Shown piece after piece: positions 1 through 8,601 of a stretch of DNA of 64,000 bases; within the stretch, counting starts at the first letter, position 1, and each line of letters opens with the position of its first letter. The notes below the pieces were generated by a model. That model did not search any database, was not told where the DNA came from, and saw only the letters and a program-made list of their open reading frames with translations. The stretch is taken from positions 1 to 64,000 of the forward strand of contig JBBILD010000009.1 of the NCBI GenBank assembly GCA_037445065.1, given 5' to 3'. This stretch comes from Myxococcales bacterium (GTDB lineage: Bacteria > Desulfobacterota > Binatia > HRBIN30). Position numbers and translations under genes: made by a program.

Positions 1-232
1 CCCAACCGACACTCCCACCGAGACTCCCACGGCAACACCCACCGATACCGCGACTGCGACTCCCACGGAGACGGCCACGACAACACCCACCGACACACCC
101 ACAGTCACTCCTACCGAAACGCCCACGGCCACGCCGAGCTTTACCGCGACCCTGACACCCACACCGAGCGCCTCGCCCTCTCCGTCCCTCACCCCCACTG
201 CCACCAGCACGGCAACGGCCACGGAAACCCCG
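1..232 (+). repeat. Coding low-complexity (PT/AT/ET)n linker
   Basis: Imperfect ACN-CCC-ACN codon repeats translate to a Thr/Pro-rich tract. Confidence 0.85.
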
Positions 233-1126
233 GTGCCCCGCCCATTTGCCCTGGTCACGAACCTGGGTGACGACACCCTGGCCATCATTGACGTCGAGAG
301 GAACCGGCGGATCGCGGCCATTGCGGTTGGCAGCGGGCCGGTCGCCGTGGCTCTCCATCCCTCGGGCTCGCGCGCTTACGTGGCCAACCAGTTCGGCGCC
401 TCGCTGTCGGTGGTGGACCTCGTGCGAGAACGCGAGATCGAGCGCCTCGCCCTCGAACAGCGCCCGGTGGACGTGGCAGTTTCGCCGGATCAGCGCTGGT
501 TTGCCGTGTTGAACCAGCTTAGCCAAAGCGTGCTGGTCTTTGCCGAACCGAGCCGCGAGCGGGTAGCGCGGATCGCAGTGAGCGGCTCGCCGACCTCGCT
601 CGCTTTCTCTCCCGACAGTGCGACCCTCTATGTCACCGAGCAGTTCGACAATCGGGTGGCCGCTATCCGCACGGCAACGTGGGAGGTCGAGGCCCGCTTT
701 GCCACCGGCCAGTGGCCGCAAGCGGTGGTGCCGTCGCTTTCCGGCGACACGCTCTTTGTGAGCCATGCTGCCGACCGTACCGTGCGCTTCCTTTCGGCCC
801 AGACTGGCGACACCCTGGCCACAGTTCGCGTTGGGCGCGAGCCGCAGGCACTGGCACTTTCCCCAGACGGCGCATTGTTGTTCGTCGCCAACCGCGGCAG
901 CTCCAGTGTCTCCGTAATCGCAACGGCGACAGCACAAGCAGTCGCTGAGGTGGCCGTCGGTTCGGAGCCGGTGGGTGTGGCGGTGCGACCGGATGGCCGC
1001 ATCGTGTACGCCACCAACTCCTTTACCAACAGCATCAGTGTGATTGACGTCGAGCGCAACCTGCTCGCCTCGGCCATCTTTGGTGTGGGAACAACTCCGA
1101 CGGACATCGTGATTCAGGTGCGCTGA
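2..1126 (+). CDS. Secreted-type YVTN/YncE beta-propeller protein with Pro/Thr-rich linker (5' partial)
   Basis: The frame from base 2 reads [14 protein letters not shown]... with no stop into ORF 233..1126, which has about 7 repeats of the type AYVAN...SVSVID...VG..P..VAVSPDG. Confidence 0.85.
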   Translation, partial: PTDTPTETPTATPTDTATATPTETATTTPTDTPTVTPTETPTATPSFTATLTPTPSASPSPSLTPTATSTATATETPVPRPFALVTNLGDDTLAIIDVERNRRIAAIAVGSGPVAVALHPSGSRAYVANQFGASLSVVDLVREREIERLALEQRPVDVAVSPDQRWFAVLNQLSQSVLVFAEPSRERVARIAVSGSPTSLAFSPDSATLYVTEQFDNRVAAIRTATWEVEARFATGQWPQAVVPSLSGDTLFVSHAADRTVRFLSAQTGDTLATVRVGREPQALALSPDGALLFVANRGSSSVSVIATATAQAVAEVAVGSEPVGVAVRPDGRIVYATNSFTNSISVIDVERNLLASAIFGVGTTPTDIVIQVR

Positions 1127-2670
1127 TGAAGACACCGTGGTGGTGTGGATGTACGGCGGCCTTGGTAGCGGTGTTGCTGATCTCGCCTGCCGCTTACGGC
1201 TCCGAACTTTCCAAGCGCCTGTACAACAAGGGTCTAGTCGAGTTTCACCGTGGCGACCTGGAGGCCGCGGAGAAACTGTTCGACGCAGCGGTGGAGGCGG
1301 ACCCTGATGATCCCTTCGCTCATTACTACCGTGGTGTGGCACGCGGCCGCCGCGGCGAGCGAGAAGCGGCCATCGCGGATTTGCGCCGTGCCCTGGAACT
1401 CAAGCCGGACCTGTTCGACGCTGCTTTGGACCTCGGCATCGCGTTGATCGAGGCGGCGCGGCTCGACGAGGCGGAAGCTGCCCTCCAGATCGCGCGCAAC
1501 TCGCCGGCGCTAGCCGCTCAGGCCTCGCTCTACGCCGGGATCACCTTCTACCGGCGCAATCGGTACGCCGAAGCCCGCTCCTACCTCGAACACGCGCGCC
1601 AGCGCGATCCATCGCTGGCAGCGGTGGCCCGCTACTACCTCGGGCTCACGGACACGGCGGAAGGCCGCTGGCGCAGTGCCCGCCGCCACTTCCAGGCAGT
1701 CGTGGAGCAACAACCGGGCACGCCGGTGGCGCAAGAGGCGCAGGAGATGTTGGCTCAGCTCGACCAGCGGGAGCGAGAGCGCCTCCGCCTCTATGCCAGT
1801 GCTGGCCTCCAGTACGACAGCAACGTGATCCTCGCCCCAGCCGGCGATGTGGGCGCCGCGCTGGCAAAAAGCGAAGTGGGTGTTACCCGCCAAGGGGACG
1901 GGCGCGCCACGCTGCTTGCCGGCGCGCAGTACGCACTTGCACGCTCGCGCGAGGCCAGACTGCTGGTCGGTTACGAACTCTACCAGAGCCTGCACTTCGA
2001 ACTCAGCTCCTTCGACTTGCAGGGGCATCGCGGCTCCGTGCAGCTCGCGCGGCGCAGCGGCGTTGCCGAACTCGGGTTCCTCGGCCGCTACGATTATTAC
2101 TTGCTCGATCGCGACGACTTTCTGCGCGAAGGCACGGTGCTCCCCTACGCGCGCGTCTCGGAAGGAAGCCTCGGCAGTACGGAAGTCTCCTTCCAACTGC
2201 GCCGGCGTGACTTTTTGAAGCCCGAATTCCGCATTCGCGATGGCTTCAACTTTGCCCCTGGCATCGCGCAAAGCTTTTGCCTGCAACGCTGCGATCGCAC
2301 GCTCACGATTTCCTATCAGTTCGACGCCGAAGAAACCGAGCCTGGCCTTGCCTCGCGCGCATTCGCGTATCAGGGCCACCAGATCGGTGGCGGCCTCCTG
2401 TGGAGCTTTCCGCACCAATTCACCGTGCAAGCGGACTACGCCTTCCGTCACGAGACCTACGAGCGCTTGCCCAGTGCAGGGCGCAAAGACCGCGAACACC
2501 TCATTATTTTCCTTGCACGCAAAGCGCTCGCGGAGCATATAGACCTTGTGTTCGGCTATTACGGGCAAGTAAACCTCACCAACTCGGTGCAAGTGCTGCA
2601 GGGCACGCCGCAAAAGCTCTTCGAGTACGAGCGGCACATCGGCACGGTGGGAATCGAAGCGAGGTACTGA
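1126..2670 (+). CDS. TPR-repeat protein with C-terminal outer-membrane beta-barrel (Slam/DUF560-like architecture)
   Basis: Signal peptide, TPR helices (AHYYRGVA, AALDLGIAL, ARYYLGL), then YDSNV and amphipathic strands; ends GIEARY with a terminal aromatic; TGATG overlap with the upstream gene. Confidence 0.75.
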   Translation: MKTPWWCGCTAALVAVLLISPAAYGSELSKRLYNKGLVEFHRGDLEAAEKLFDAAVEADPDDPFAHYYRGVARGRRGEREAAIADLRRALELKPDLFDAALDLGIALIEAARLDEAEAALQIARNSPALAAQASLYAGITFYRRNRYAEARSYLEHARQRDPSLAAVARYYLGLTDTAEGRWRSARRHFQAVVEQQPGTPVAQEAQEMLAQLDQRERERLRLYASAGLQYDSNVILAPAGDVGAALAKSEVGVTRQGDGRATLLAGAQYALARSREARLLVGYELYQSLHFELSSFDLQGHRGSVQLARRSGVAELGFLGRYDYYLLDRDDFLREGTVLPYARVSEGSLGSTEVSFQLRRRDFLKPEFRIRDGFNFAPGIAQSFCLQRCDRTLTISYQFDAEETEPGLASRAFAYQGHQIGGGLLWSFPHQFTVQADYAFRHETYERLPSAGRKDREHLIIFLARKALAEHIDLVFGYYGQVNLTNSVQVLQGTPQKLFEYERHIGTVGIEARY

Positions 2671-2672
2671 TC

Positions 2673-3530
2673 ATGCGCAAAGCAAGGATGGGAAGCCTGG
2701 TCCTAGCTCTGCTCTTTGGCCTGGCTGTTGCCGGCCGCGCGGAGGAAGTCGGCACGGTGGCGGCGGTTGAAGGAGAGGCACGCCTCGAGCGAGGTGGTGT
2801 TGCGGTCGAGGCCAGCATTGGCACCCCGGTTCAGCGGGGCGACGTGCTGGTCACTGGCCCTACTGGGAAACTGCGCGTGGTCTTTCAGGACGACTCCGTG
2901 CTCACCCTCAGCCAAGATTCGCGGGTGAGTGTGGACGACAGCGTGTTCGAGCCGGTGCAGCATACGGCGCGCTCGCTGTTTGGCCTCGTGCGCGGCAAGG
3001 TGAACGCAGCGGTAAGCGAATACTACCGCCAGCGCGGCAATGCCTACGAGGTTCGTACGGAAACCGCGGTGGCCGGCGTGCGCGGTACCGAGTTCGCAGT
3101 GGTTTTCGATCCGCAAACCGAGCGCACGGAGGTGGTCGCCATCGAAGGCACGGTGCAGGTGCACAGCCTGCGCGACCCGCAAGCGCCCGCAGTGCTGGTG
3201 CGGGCACGCGAGGCAACGGTCGTGGATCCGGGCGGGCCGCCTGCTGCCCCCCGGCGGCTCGACGAGCCAATGTTCCGCGAGCGCATCGAGGGCTTCGATT
3301 TCATCAGCCGTGGCCGGCCCGAAGGGCTGATCACCAGTGTGGCTCTTGCCTCCGGGGCCGGGGCGGTGCGCCTAGCAGGCAGCACGTTGGTGACAGAAGG
3401 AGTTCCCCCGGGCACAGAAAGCGGCGCCGTGAAGAGTGCCTTGATGGAGGGAGACGCAACCGGCAAACTCGGTCAGCCGCCCGCCGGCATTCGCTTTACT
3501 GGCCAGCTCGGCCTCGACCTCGGTCGCTGA
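2673..3530 (+). CDS. Secreted FecR-domain protein
   Basis: ATG 2 nt after the upstream stop; signal peptide; FecR motifs GDVLVTG, FQDDSVLTL and VRTETAVAGVRGTEF. Confidence 0.85.
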   Translation: MRKARMGSLVLALLFGLAVAGRAEEVGTVAAVEGEARLERGGVAVEASIGTPVQRGDVLVTGPTGKLRVVFQDDSVLTLSQDSRVSVDDSVFEPVQHTARSLFGLVRGKVNAAVSEYYRQRGNAYEVRTETAVAGVRGTEFAVVFDPQTERTEVVAIEGTVQVHSLRDPQAPAVLVRAREATVVDPGGPPAAPRRLDEPMFRERIEGFDFISRGRPEGLITSVALASGAGAVRLAGSTLVTEGVPPGTESGAVKSALMEGDATGKLGQPPAGIRFTGQLGLDLGR

Positions 3531-3801
3531 GCCGGCGCCGGCAATCGGCGCAATGCGCAGCTCGTGCGGGTAGGGGAACAAGCAGCCGCCACGCTGCCTC
3601 CTGTGCATCTCCTGCGTGCACGAAGCCGCAGCGTAGAGGGTACGCAGGTCTAGAAGCCTTGCCAGCCGAACGCTCCGGCACTAGGCAGGAGTGACGTGGC
3701 TCGCTCACCGAGGCTCGCGCCTGCATTGCGCGGCCTGCGCCCAGGGCACAACCTGTCCCTGCGGCAAAGCGGCGAGCCCCGCACGGCAGTGGCCCTCGTG
3801 C

Positions 3802-4719
3802 TTAGTGGTCTCGCTTGCGGGAGGCATCTGCCGCTCTGCGGGCGGAGAGAAGGAAGTCGAGTGCATCGTCCCAAAACCCTGGCCCGACCCACGCCGGCCA
3901 GTCGTTGTGGCCAGCCCCGCGGATCGTGACCAGCCGCTTCGGTTGGTCGAGCGCCTGGTACAGCGCCACACCGAAGCAAGCCGGAACGATGTCGTCGCGC
4001 TCCGCCACCACCACCAGCACCGGCACCCGCAAGCCGGCCAAGTGGGCAGCCGTTTCGTACCGGTCGCGCAAAAACCAGCGCACGGGCAGCCAGGGGAAGT
4101 GATGCGCAGCAACGTTTTCGAGGCGGTCCCAAGGAGTGATCAGCAAAAGGCCGCACACCCGCTCCGGTGCGCGGGCCGCCGCCGCAGCCGCCACCCCGGA
4201 GCCCAGGGATTCACCGATCAGAAGCAGCGGGCCACCGAAGTCCGCGTACACCCGCGCGATGGTGAGCGCCGCGTCGGCAACGAGACTCTCCTCGCCCAGT
4301 TCGCCGTGCCGCGGGCCGTAGCCCGGGTATTCGGCGAGAATCACCCGCACGCGGCGCGGAAGCAGTGCCGCCGCGTAGTCCGCGCGGTGCCCCGCATGCC
4401 CAGCATTGCCGTGGAAGACGATTGCTGTCGCGCGCGCCTGGCTGTGTGGCTCCGCGAGCAAACCGCGAAACTCAGTTGCCGACGGCCAAGCACGCAGTCC
4501 TTCGCCGACAAGCGCCTCCACCGGCGCCCGCTCCGGAAAATACAACAACCGCTCCTGCAACGCGGCCGACACCCGATCCGGCAACACGCCCAGCAAGAAG
4601 ACCACGGCACCCACACAGCCCGCAAGCTTTCTGACCTCGCGCGACCAAATCCGGGGGAGGGAAGAATCAACCGCGGTGCGAGGAGAACCCGCTCTCACCG
4701 CCAGCACCACCGACTGCAT
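3802..4719 (-). CDS. Alpha/beta hydrolase (ABHD13/BEM46-like); start uncertain
   Basis: QERLLYFP, FHGNAG, EYPGYG, nucleophile motif GESLG, ERDDIVP and GAGHND. Confidence 0.85.
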   Translation of the reverse strand: MQSVVLAVRAGSPRTAVDSSLPRIWSREVRKLAGCVGAVVFLLGVLPDRVSAALQERLLYFPERAPVEALVGEGLRAWPSATEFRGLLAEPHSQARATAIVFHGNAGHAGHRADYAAALLPRRVRVILAEYPGYGPRHGELGEESLVADAALTIARVYADFGGPLLLIGESLGSGVAAAAAARAPERVCGLLLITPWDRLENVAAHHFPWLPVRWFLRDRYETAAHLAGLRVPVLVVVAERDDIVPACFGVALYQALDQPKRLVTIRGAGHNDWPAWVGPGFWDDALDFLLSARRAADASRKRDH

Positions 4720-4780
4720 CACAGCGGGCATAGAAGACGACGTGGGAGCAGTGCAGCGGAAGAGCGAGCCGCGAGCGGTA

Positions 4781-4883
4781 AATGGCGAATGGCGAATTGT
4801 GTGGTCGGCCCCCCGGCGCGGGTGTTGCGAATCGGGCAATCGGTTCGATTCGCAACACGGGCAGGCACCAGGCCTGCCCCTAC
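4781..4883 (-). repeat. Composite intergenic element: heptamer repeat, 13-bp hairpin and GTAG-type REP
   Basis: AATGGCG x2 at 4781; GTGTTGCGAATCG (4822-4834) pairs with CGATTCGCAACAC (4846-4858); the minus strand reads GTAG-GGGCAGGC-CTGGT-GCCTGCCC at 4883-4859. Confidence 0.7.
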
Positions 4884-5220
4884 AACACATCGCGGCAGGT
4901 GTGGCTTCATGGCGACACCGGTGTTCCATTTACAGGCACGCCACGGCGCAACCGGTAACACGGCTGTGACCGGGTTGCGTTCCCACGAGTTCCGAGCCAC
5001 TGGTTCCGAGGACACCTGGTTTTGAGGGCACCCACATCGTCGGCCGGCGCGAGCCTCAGGTAGCTTCCGCGCCCGCGAGTAGCGAAGGCGTCTTGCCGGG
5101 ATCCGCTGCCCCCGCGCGACGCGTTGCAGGCGCGACCCTTGCGGGGGCTGTACTGCGGGGGGCCGCTCGTGTTGGGGCCAGGCCCGCAGAGGTCGTGCCC
5201 CGCCTGGGCCACTTCCACGG

Positions 5221-6774
5221 CTACGGGCAGCCGTCGAGCAGGGAGGCGACCGCCGCCAGCACTTCGTCAATCGTCACCTCGCTATCGCCGCTGCGGTCCG
5301 CGGCTGGGCAGGAGGCAACGCCAGCGCCACCCAAGGCGATGCGCACTGCGGCAATCACTTCGTCCACGGTTACGGTGGCGTCGCCGTTGCAGTCGCCCGC
5401 ACAGCCAACCGAGGTCGGCCCTTCCACCTCGACCACCATCGCGCGCGGCGGACCCACATTCCCCGCTTCGTCGCGCAGGCGAGCGCGCACGATCGTGCGG
5501 CCCGGAGGGAAACTCCAAGAGGAATTCACCACCGCGCAAAACTGCAGCGTGCTTTCGGGGCGGACGAAGTGGAATTCTCCATCCGGGAAGTACGTGCACG
5601 CGTACTCCTCGGCCACGCCTCGGGGCTGCCCAGTGCCGTCGTCAACGCGGCAGCCAAAGTCGTTCACCGCGTTGCGCACGGCCGGGCGGTCATCGAACTC
5701 AAGACCAGGCACAGCCGGAATCCCTCCTGGCTGCGGGGCGGCTTTGTCGCATACCTGCGGGCTACCGTTGCCGAGCGGGCGTGAAAACAGCACCTGCAAA
5801 TCCGGCCATCCGAAACCGGTACCAGCGGGAGCAAAGGCCGAAACTCCAAGCGGGCTGCGGCTGCGCCCCGACGTGCCTTCGAACACGAGCAGGAAGCCCG
5901 AGCCGGAACCCAAGCGGTACACGGGGCGCCCCTCGTCGTCGTAATCGGCTGGCAGGAGCGGCTGGCCATCGGCACGCGCCACGCCGAGGTAGGTGAGTTC
6001 GGGGCCGGCGGGACAGGTGCTGCTCTCGAAGGCCATCCAGTAGAGGCCAGCCTCCGGCTTGCCGCACAGGCTCACCAGCACCGTGTAGACTCCGTCCACC
6101 GGCAGGCGCGCGCTCAGTTGGCCACCGCACGAGTCTCCGCCCGCGCCTGGAAACGGCATGCCGCGCGGATCGAACAGCCGCAGGCGCATGCGCTGCGTGC
6201 CTTCGCGGGGCAAGCCTTTTCCCGCCCAAATGCGCACCGTGTCGCCCGCACGGCCGAAGAACCAGTACGCGCGCGTCTCGCCTGCTTGGCGCAACCGCCG
6301 CACCTCGGCCGTGAGGCCGCAGGGCAGGGGGGTCGCGCAGTTTTGCGGCCCCTGGGAGACCACCGAAACGGTAATCGAGAACTGGCCACTGTCGCGGCCA
6401 ATGCAGTCGGCAACCTCCACCTTCACTTCGTCATCGTCGCGCTTCGGCTTCACCAGCAAAGACCCCGCGCACGTGCGGTTGCGGTCCCCGGCCTCGAGCT
6501 TGAGCAAATCAATCGTACCGGAAACGTCCACCGCGTCCACCACCACTGTGGCTCCGGCCACCCCCCTCACCACGAACTCCTGCTTTTCGCCGCGCTCGAG
6601 CACGCCCACCTGGGGCACGCCGCATTGCAGGGGGATGTCGTCGGCCCGCACCGCGAGCCGGGCACACAACCCCGCAGCCACGGCCACGATCAGAGGGATC
6701 CAGCGGCGTGGCCGCTCCAAGGAAGAGCCTGGTACAAAGCGGCTTCTCAGCGCAGCGCCTCCATTACGATCCAT
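5221..6774 (-). CDS. Secreted protein with PPC/Ig-like domains and a C-terminal Cys-flanked dockerin-like domain
   Basis: Hydrophobic signal; repeated G.YTVLV beta-sandwich-like units; C-terminus CAGDCNGDATVTVDE...CPAADRSGDSEVTIDE...LLDGCP with two EF-hand-like loops. Confidence 0.75.
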   Translation of the reverse strand: MDRNGGAALRSRFVPGSSLERPRRWIPLIVAVAAGLCARLAVRADDIPLQCGVPQVGVLERGEKQEFVVRGVAGATVVVDAVDVSGTIDLLKLEAGDRNRTCAGSLLVKPKRDDDEVKVEVADCIGRDSGQFSITVSVVSQGPQNCATPLPCGLTAEVRRLRQAGETRAYWFFGRAGDTVRIWAGKGLPREGTQRMRLRLFDPRGMPFPGAGGDSCGGQLSARLPVDGVYTVLVSLCGKPEAGLYWMAFESSTCPAGPELTYLGVARADGQPLLPADYDDEGRPVYRLGSGSGFLLVFEGTSGRSRSPLGVSAFAPAGTGFGWPDLQVLFSRPLGNGSPQVCDKAAPQPGGIPAVPGLEFDDRPAVRNAVNDFGCRVDDGTGQPRGVAEEYACTYFPDGEFHFVRPESTLQFCAVVNSSWSFPPGRTIVRARLRDEAGNVGPPRAMVVEVEGPTSVGCAGDCNGDATVTVDEVIAAVRIALGGAGVASCPAADRSGDSEVTIDEVLAAVASLLDGCP

Positions 6775-7352
6775 CCCTCACGCCCGTCCGCGAGTTGCAC
6801 TCGATACCAATCGCGTTCTTGCGTGCCAACCCGGACCGTCTCGCCGCGCTGCAGCGTCGCCACCACTTCGGCGCGTGGGTGCGGCGCAGCGCGTACCTCT
6901 GCGCGGGCTGCTGCCACCCGCACCTCGTTGCCGACCGGCACTGCGCGCGTTGCTCGCTCTTGGGCTCCCGGCTGCAAGGCGAGCTGCCAGACTTGCACCG
7001 TGACCAGCACCAGGCCAGCAGCCAATGCGCTTCCGAACCACCATGCCTTGCGGGGGAGGGGCAAGCGAGAGCGCCGCGGTGCACGCACGCGCGGCGGTCT
7101 CTCGCTTGCCGCTGGCGCTGCCGGGGGAACGGAGGGTACTGTCTCCGAGGCGGGCGCCGGCAGAACCATGTCCATCTCGCGATCTCGCGCCCAGCGGCGG
7201 CTGGCCGCTAGGAGCAACTCCAAACACGCGTCGCACTGTTCAAGATGCCGATCGAGCGCGCGCTGCCGCTCGAGGGTTGCAATGCCCCCCAAATACGCGG
7301 CCCATTCTTCCTCGCTCGGGCATCCGTGTTGCCAACGTTCCGAGGGCCTCAC
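6747..7352 (-). CDS. Zinc-finger (zf-HC2) anti-sigma factor with TM helix and C-terminal SH3b domain
   Basis: HLEQCDAC (HxxxCxxC); TM WWFGSALAAGLVLVTV; SH3b-like VRAAP...VVATLQRGETV...WYRVQLADGREGWI; GTGA overlap with the sigma stop. Confidence 0.85.
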   Translation of the reverse strand: MRPSERWQHGCPSEEEWAAYLGGIATLERQRALDRHLEQCDACLELLLAASRRWARDREMDMVLPAPASETVPSVPPAAPAASERPPRVRAPRRSRLPLPRKAWWFGSALAAGLVLVTVQVWQLALQPGAQERATRAVPVGNEVRVAAARAEVRAAPHPRAEVVATLQRGETVRVGTQERDWYRVQLADGREGWIVMEALR

Positions 7353-8287
7353 CGGGAACCTCCTCTGCGCACTGGCAGCTCGCCGTCGCGCGCACGCAGC
7401 CGCTCGGCGATCTCTTGCCGCACCCGCTGCACCAGAGACGCAACGTTGCCGACCGTGGTGTTGAGGATGCGGGCTATCTCCTTGTACGGCGCGGTCGTCT
7501 TGCGCCGCTGCACTTGCCTACACAGCTTCTCGCGCTGCTGCTGGCGCCAGGCGAGCTTGCGCGTCAGTTCGGCCTTCTCAGCTTCGAGTTTTTCCGCCTG
7601 GGGCGAACCGGGTGCGATTCCGGCCAGATCCACCTCGATCCAGCGCAAACGCTTGCGGTACAGTTCGATCCAGGCATGCACGCTGTCGAGCCGATCGAGC
7701 AACGCTTGCTGTTGGGCTTCCCGCTCGCGCACCACGCGGCGCAGCTCCTCGATCTCGCGCAACAGCTCCGGCACACGCTTGCCTGTGGCCGCGCACAAAT
7801 AGCGGATCTCGGCTGGGGAAAACTCCGCGTCTTCCACATGCAGCAGTTTGGCCACCACCGACTTTTGTGGCGGCAGGCTGTCCAGCACGCTGCCCCACCA
7901 CCCTTCTCTCTCTTCGCTGGGGCTCGGGCTGACAATGTCGAAGTGCGGATTCTGTTCTTGGAGGAGTTCGATGGAGACCGTGTCCAGCTCGCGGCGGCCC
8001 CGCACCCACTCGATCCACAAGTGGTCCAGGGCGAACCCCAAGAGGTACTTGCGCAGGCTCACCCGGCCAGCAAACGTGCGCAGGCGGCGAAACAGCCGCC
8101 CGTCCTCGAACACGAACACGTAAAAATCACCGGCTTCCTCAGCTGGCGCCCGGTACACTCGCATGGGAAACGAGTACACCAGCGGGCCGAAACGCTGCTG
8201 AAACTCCGCAACCGCTGCGGCCTCTCCTGCCACACAGCGCCCGACCAGCGCGCGCTCGTCGTTTTGCCCTTCTGCACCGCGGTTCAT
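7349..8287 (-). CDS. Atypical ECF-like sigma-70 factor with a coiled-coil insert in region 4
   Basis: DERALVGRCVAGEAAAVAEF start; region-2-like EEAGDFY...LRTFAGRVSLRKYL; C-terminal HTH YKEIARILNTTVGNVASLVQR; GGAG/GAGG RBS; anti-sigma directly downstream. Confidence 0.75.
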   Translation of the reverse strand: MNRGAEGQNDERALVGRCVAGEAAAVAEFQQRFGPLVYSFPMRVYRAPAEEAGDFYVFVFEDGRLFRRLRTFAGRVSLRKYLLGFALDHLWIEWVRGRRELDTVSIELLQEQNPHFDIVSPSPSEEREGWWGSVLDSLPPQKSVVAKLLHVEDAEFSPAEIRYLCAATGKRVPELLREIEELRRVVREREAQQQALLDRLDSVHAWIELYRKRLRWIEVDLAGIAPGSPQAEKLEAEKAELTRKLAWRQQQREKLCRQVQRRKTTAPYKEIARILNTTVGNVASLVQRVRQEIAERLRARDGELPVRRGGSR

Positions 8288-8601
8288 CCCCTCACTCCGC
8301 GGGCGACTCGCCCGGATTCGGTCTCGCCTGGGAAGCGCACGCAAGGGCAGGGCGGCGGCTCGTGCCGCGTGTTGTTGCCCGGCTTGGCTGCGTGCGCTCG
8401 GGAACATGCTTGCCCTCTGCCCGACTCCATGATGCAAGAAACCGGATTTTTATGGCACGGGAGCAGGCTCTGGCTACGTTCTGCGCATGGAGCGAGACTG
8501 GCTTGCATGGTAACAGCACGGCGCAAGGGACTGCCTCAGGGTATCAAATGCGAGCAGGGGAGGAAAACACATATGGGGAATGCACCTCTCCAGCTCTCTG
8601 G

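Noticed and set aside
1..232. Tandem repeats as a CRISPR array or VNTR
   Set aside because: They are codon-level Pro/Thr linker repeats with no constant repeat-spacer structure.
8362..8601. Extended caspase N-terminus and sigma54-like TGGCAC sites
   Set aside because: The extension is probably promoter DNA, and the GG-N10-GC spacing is not met.
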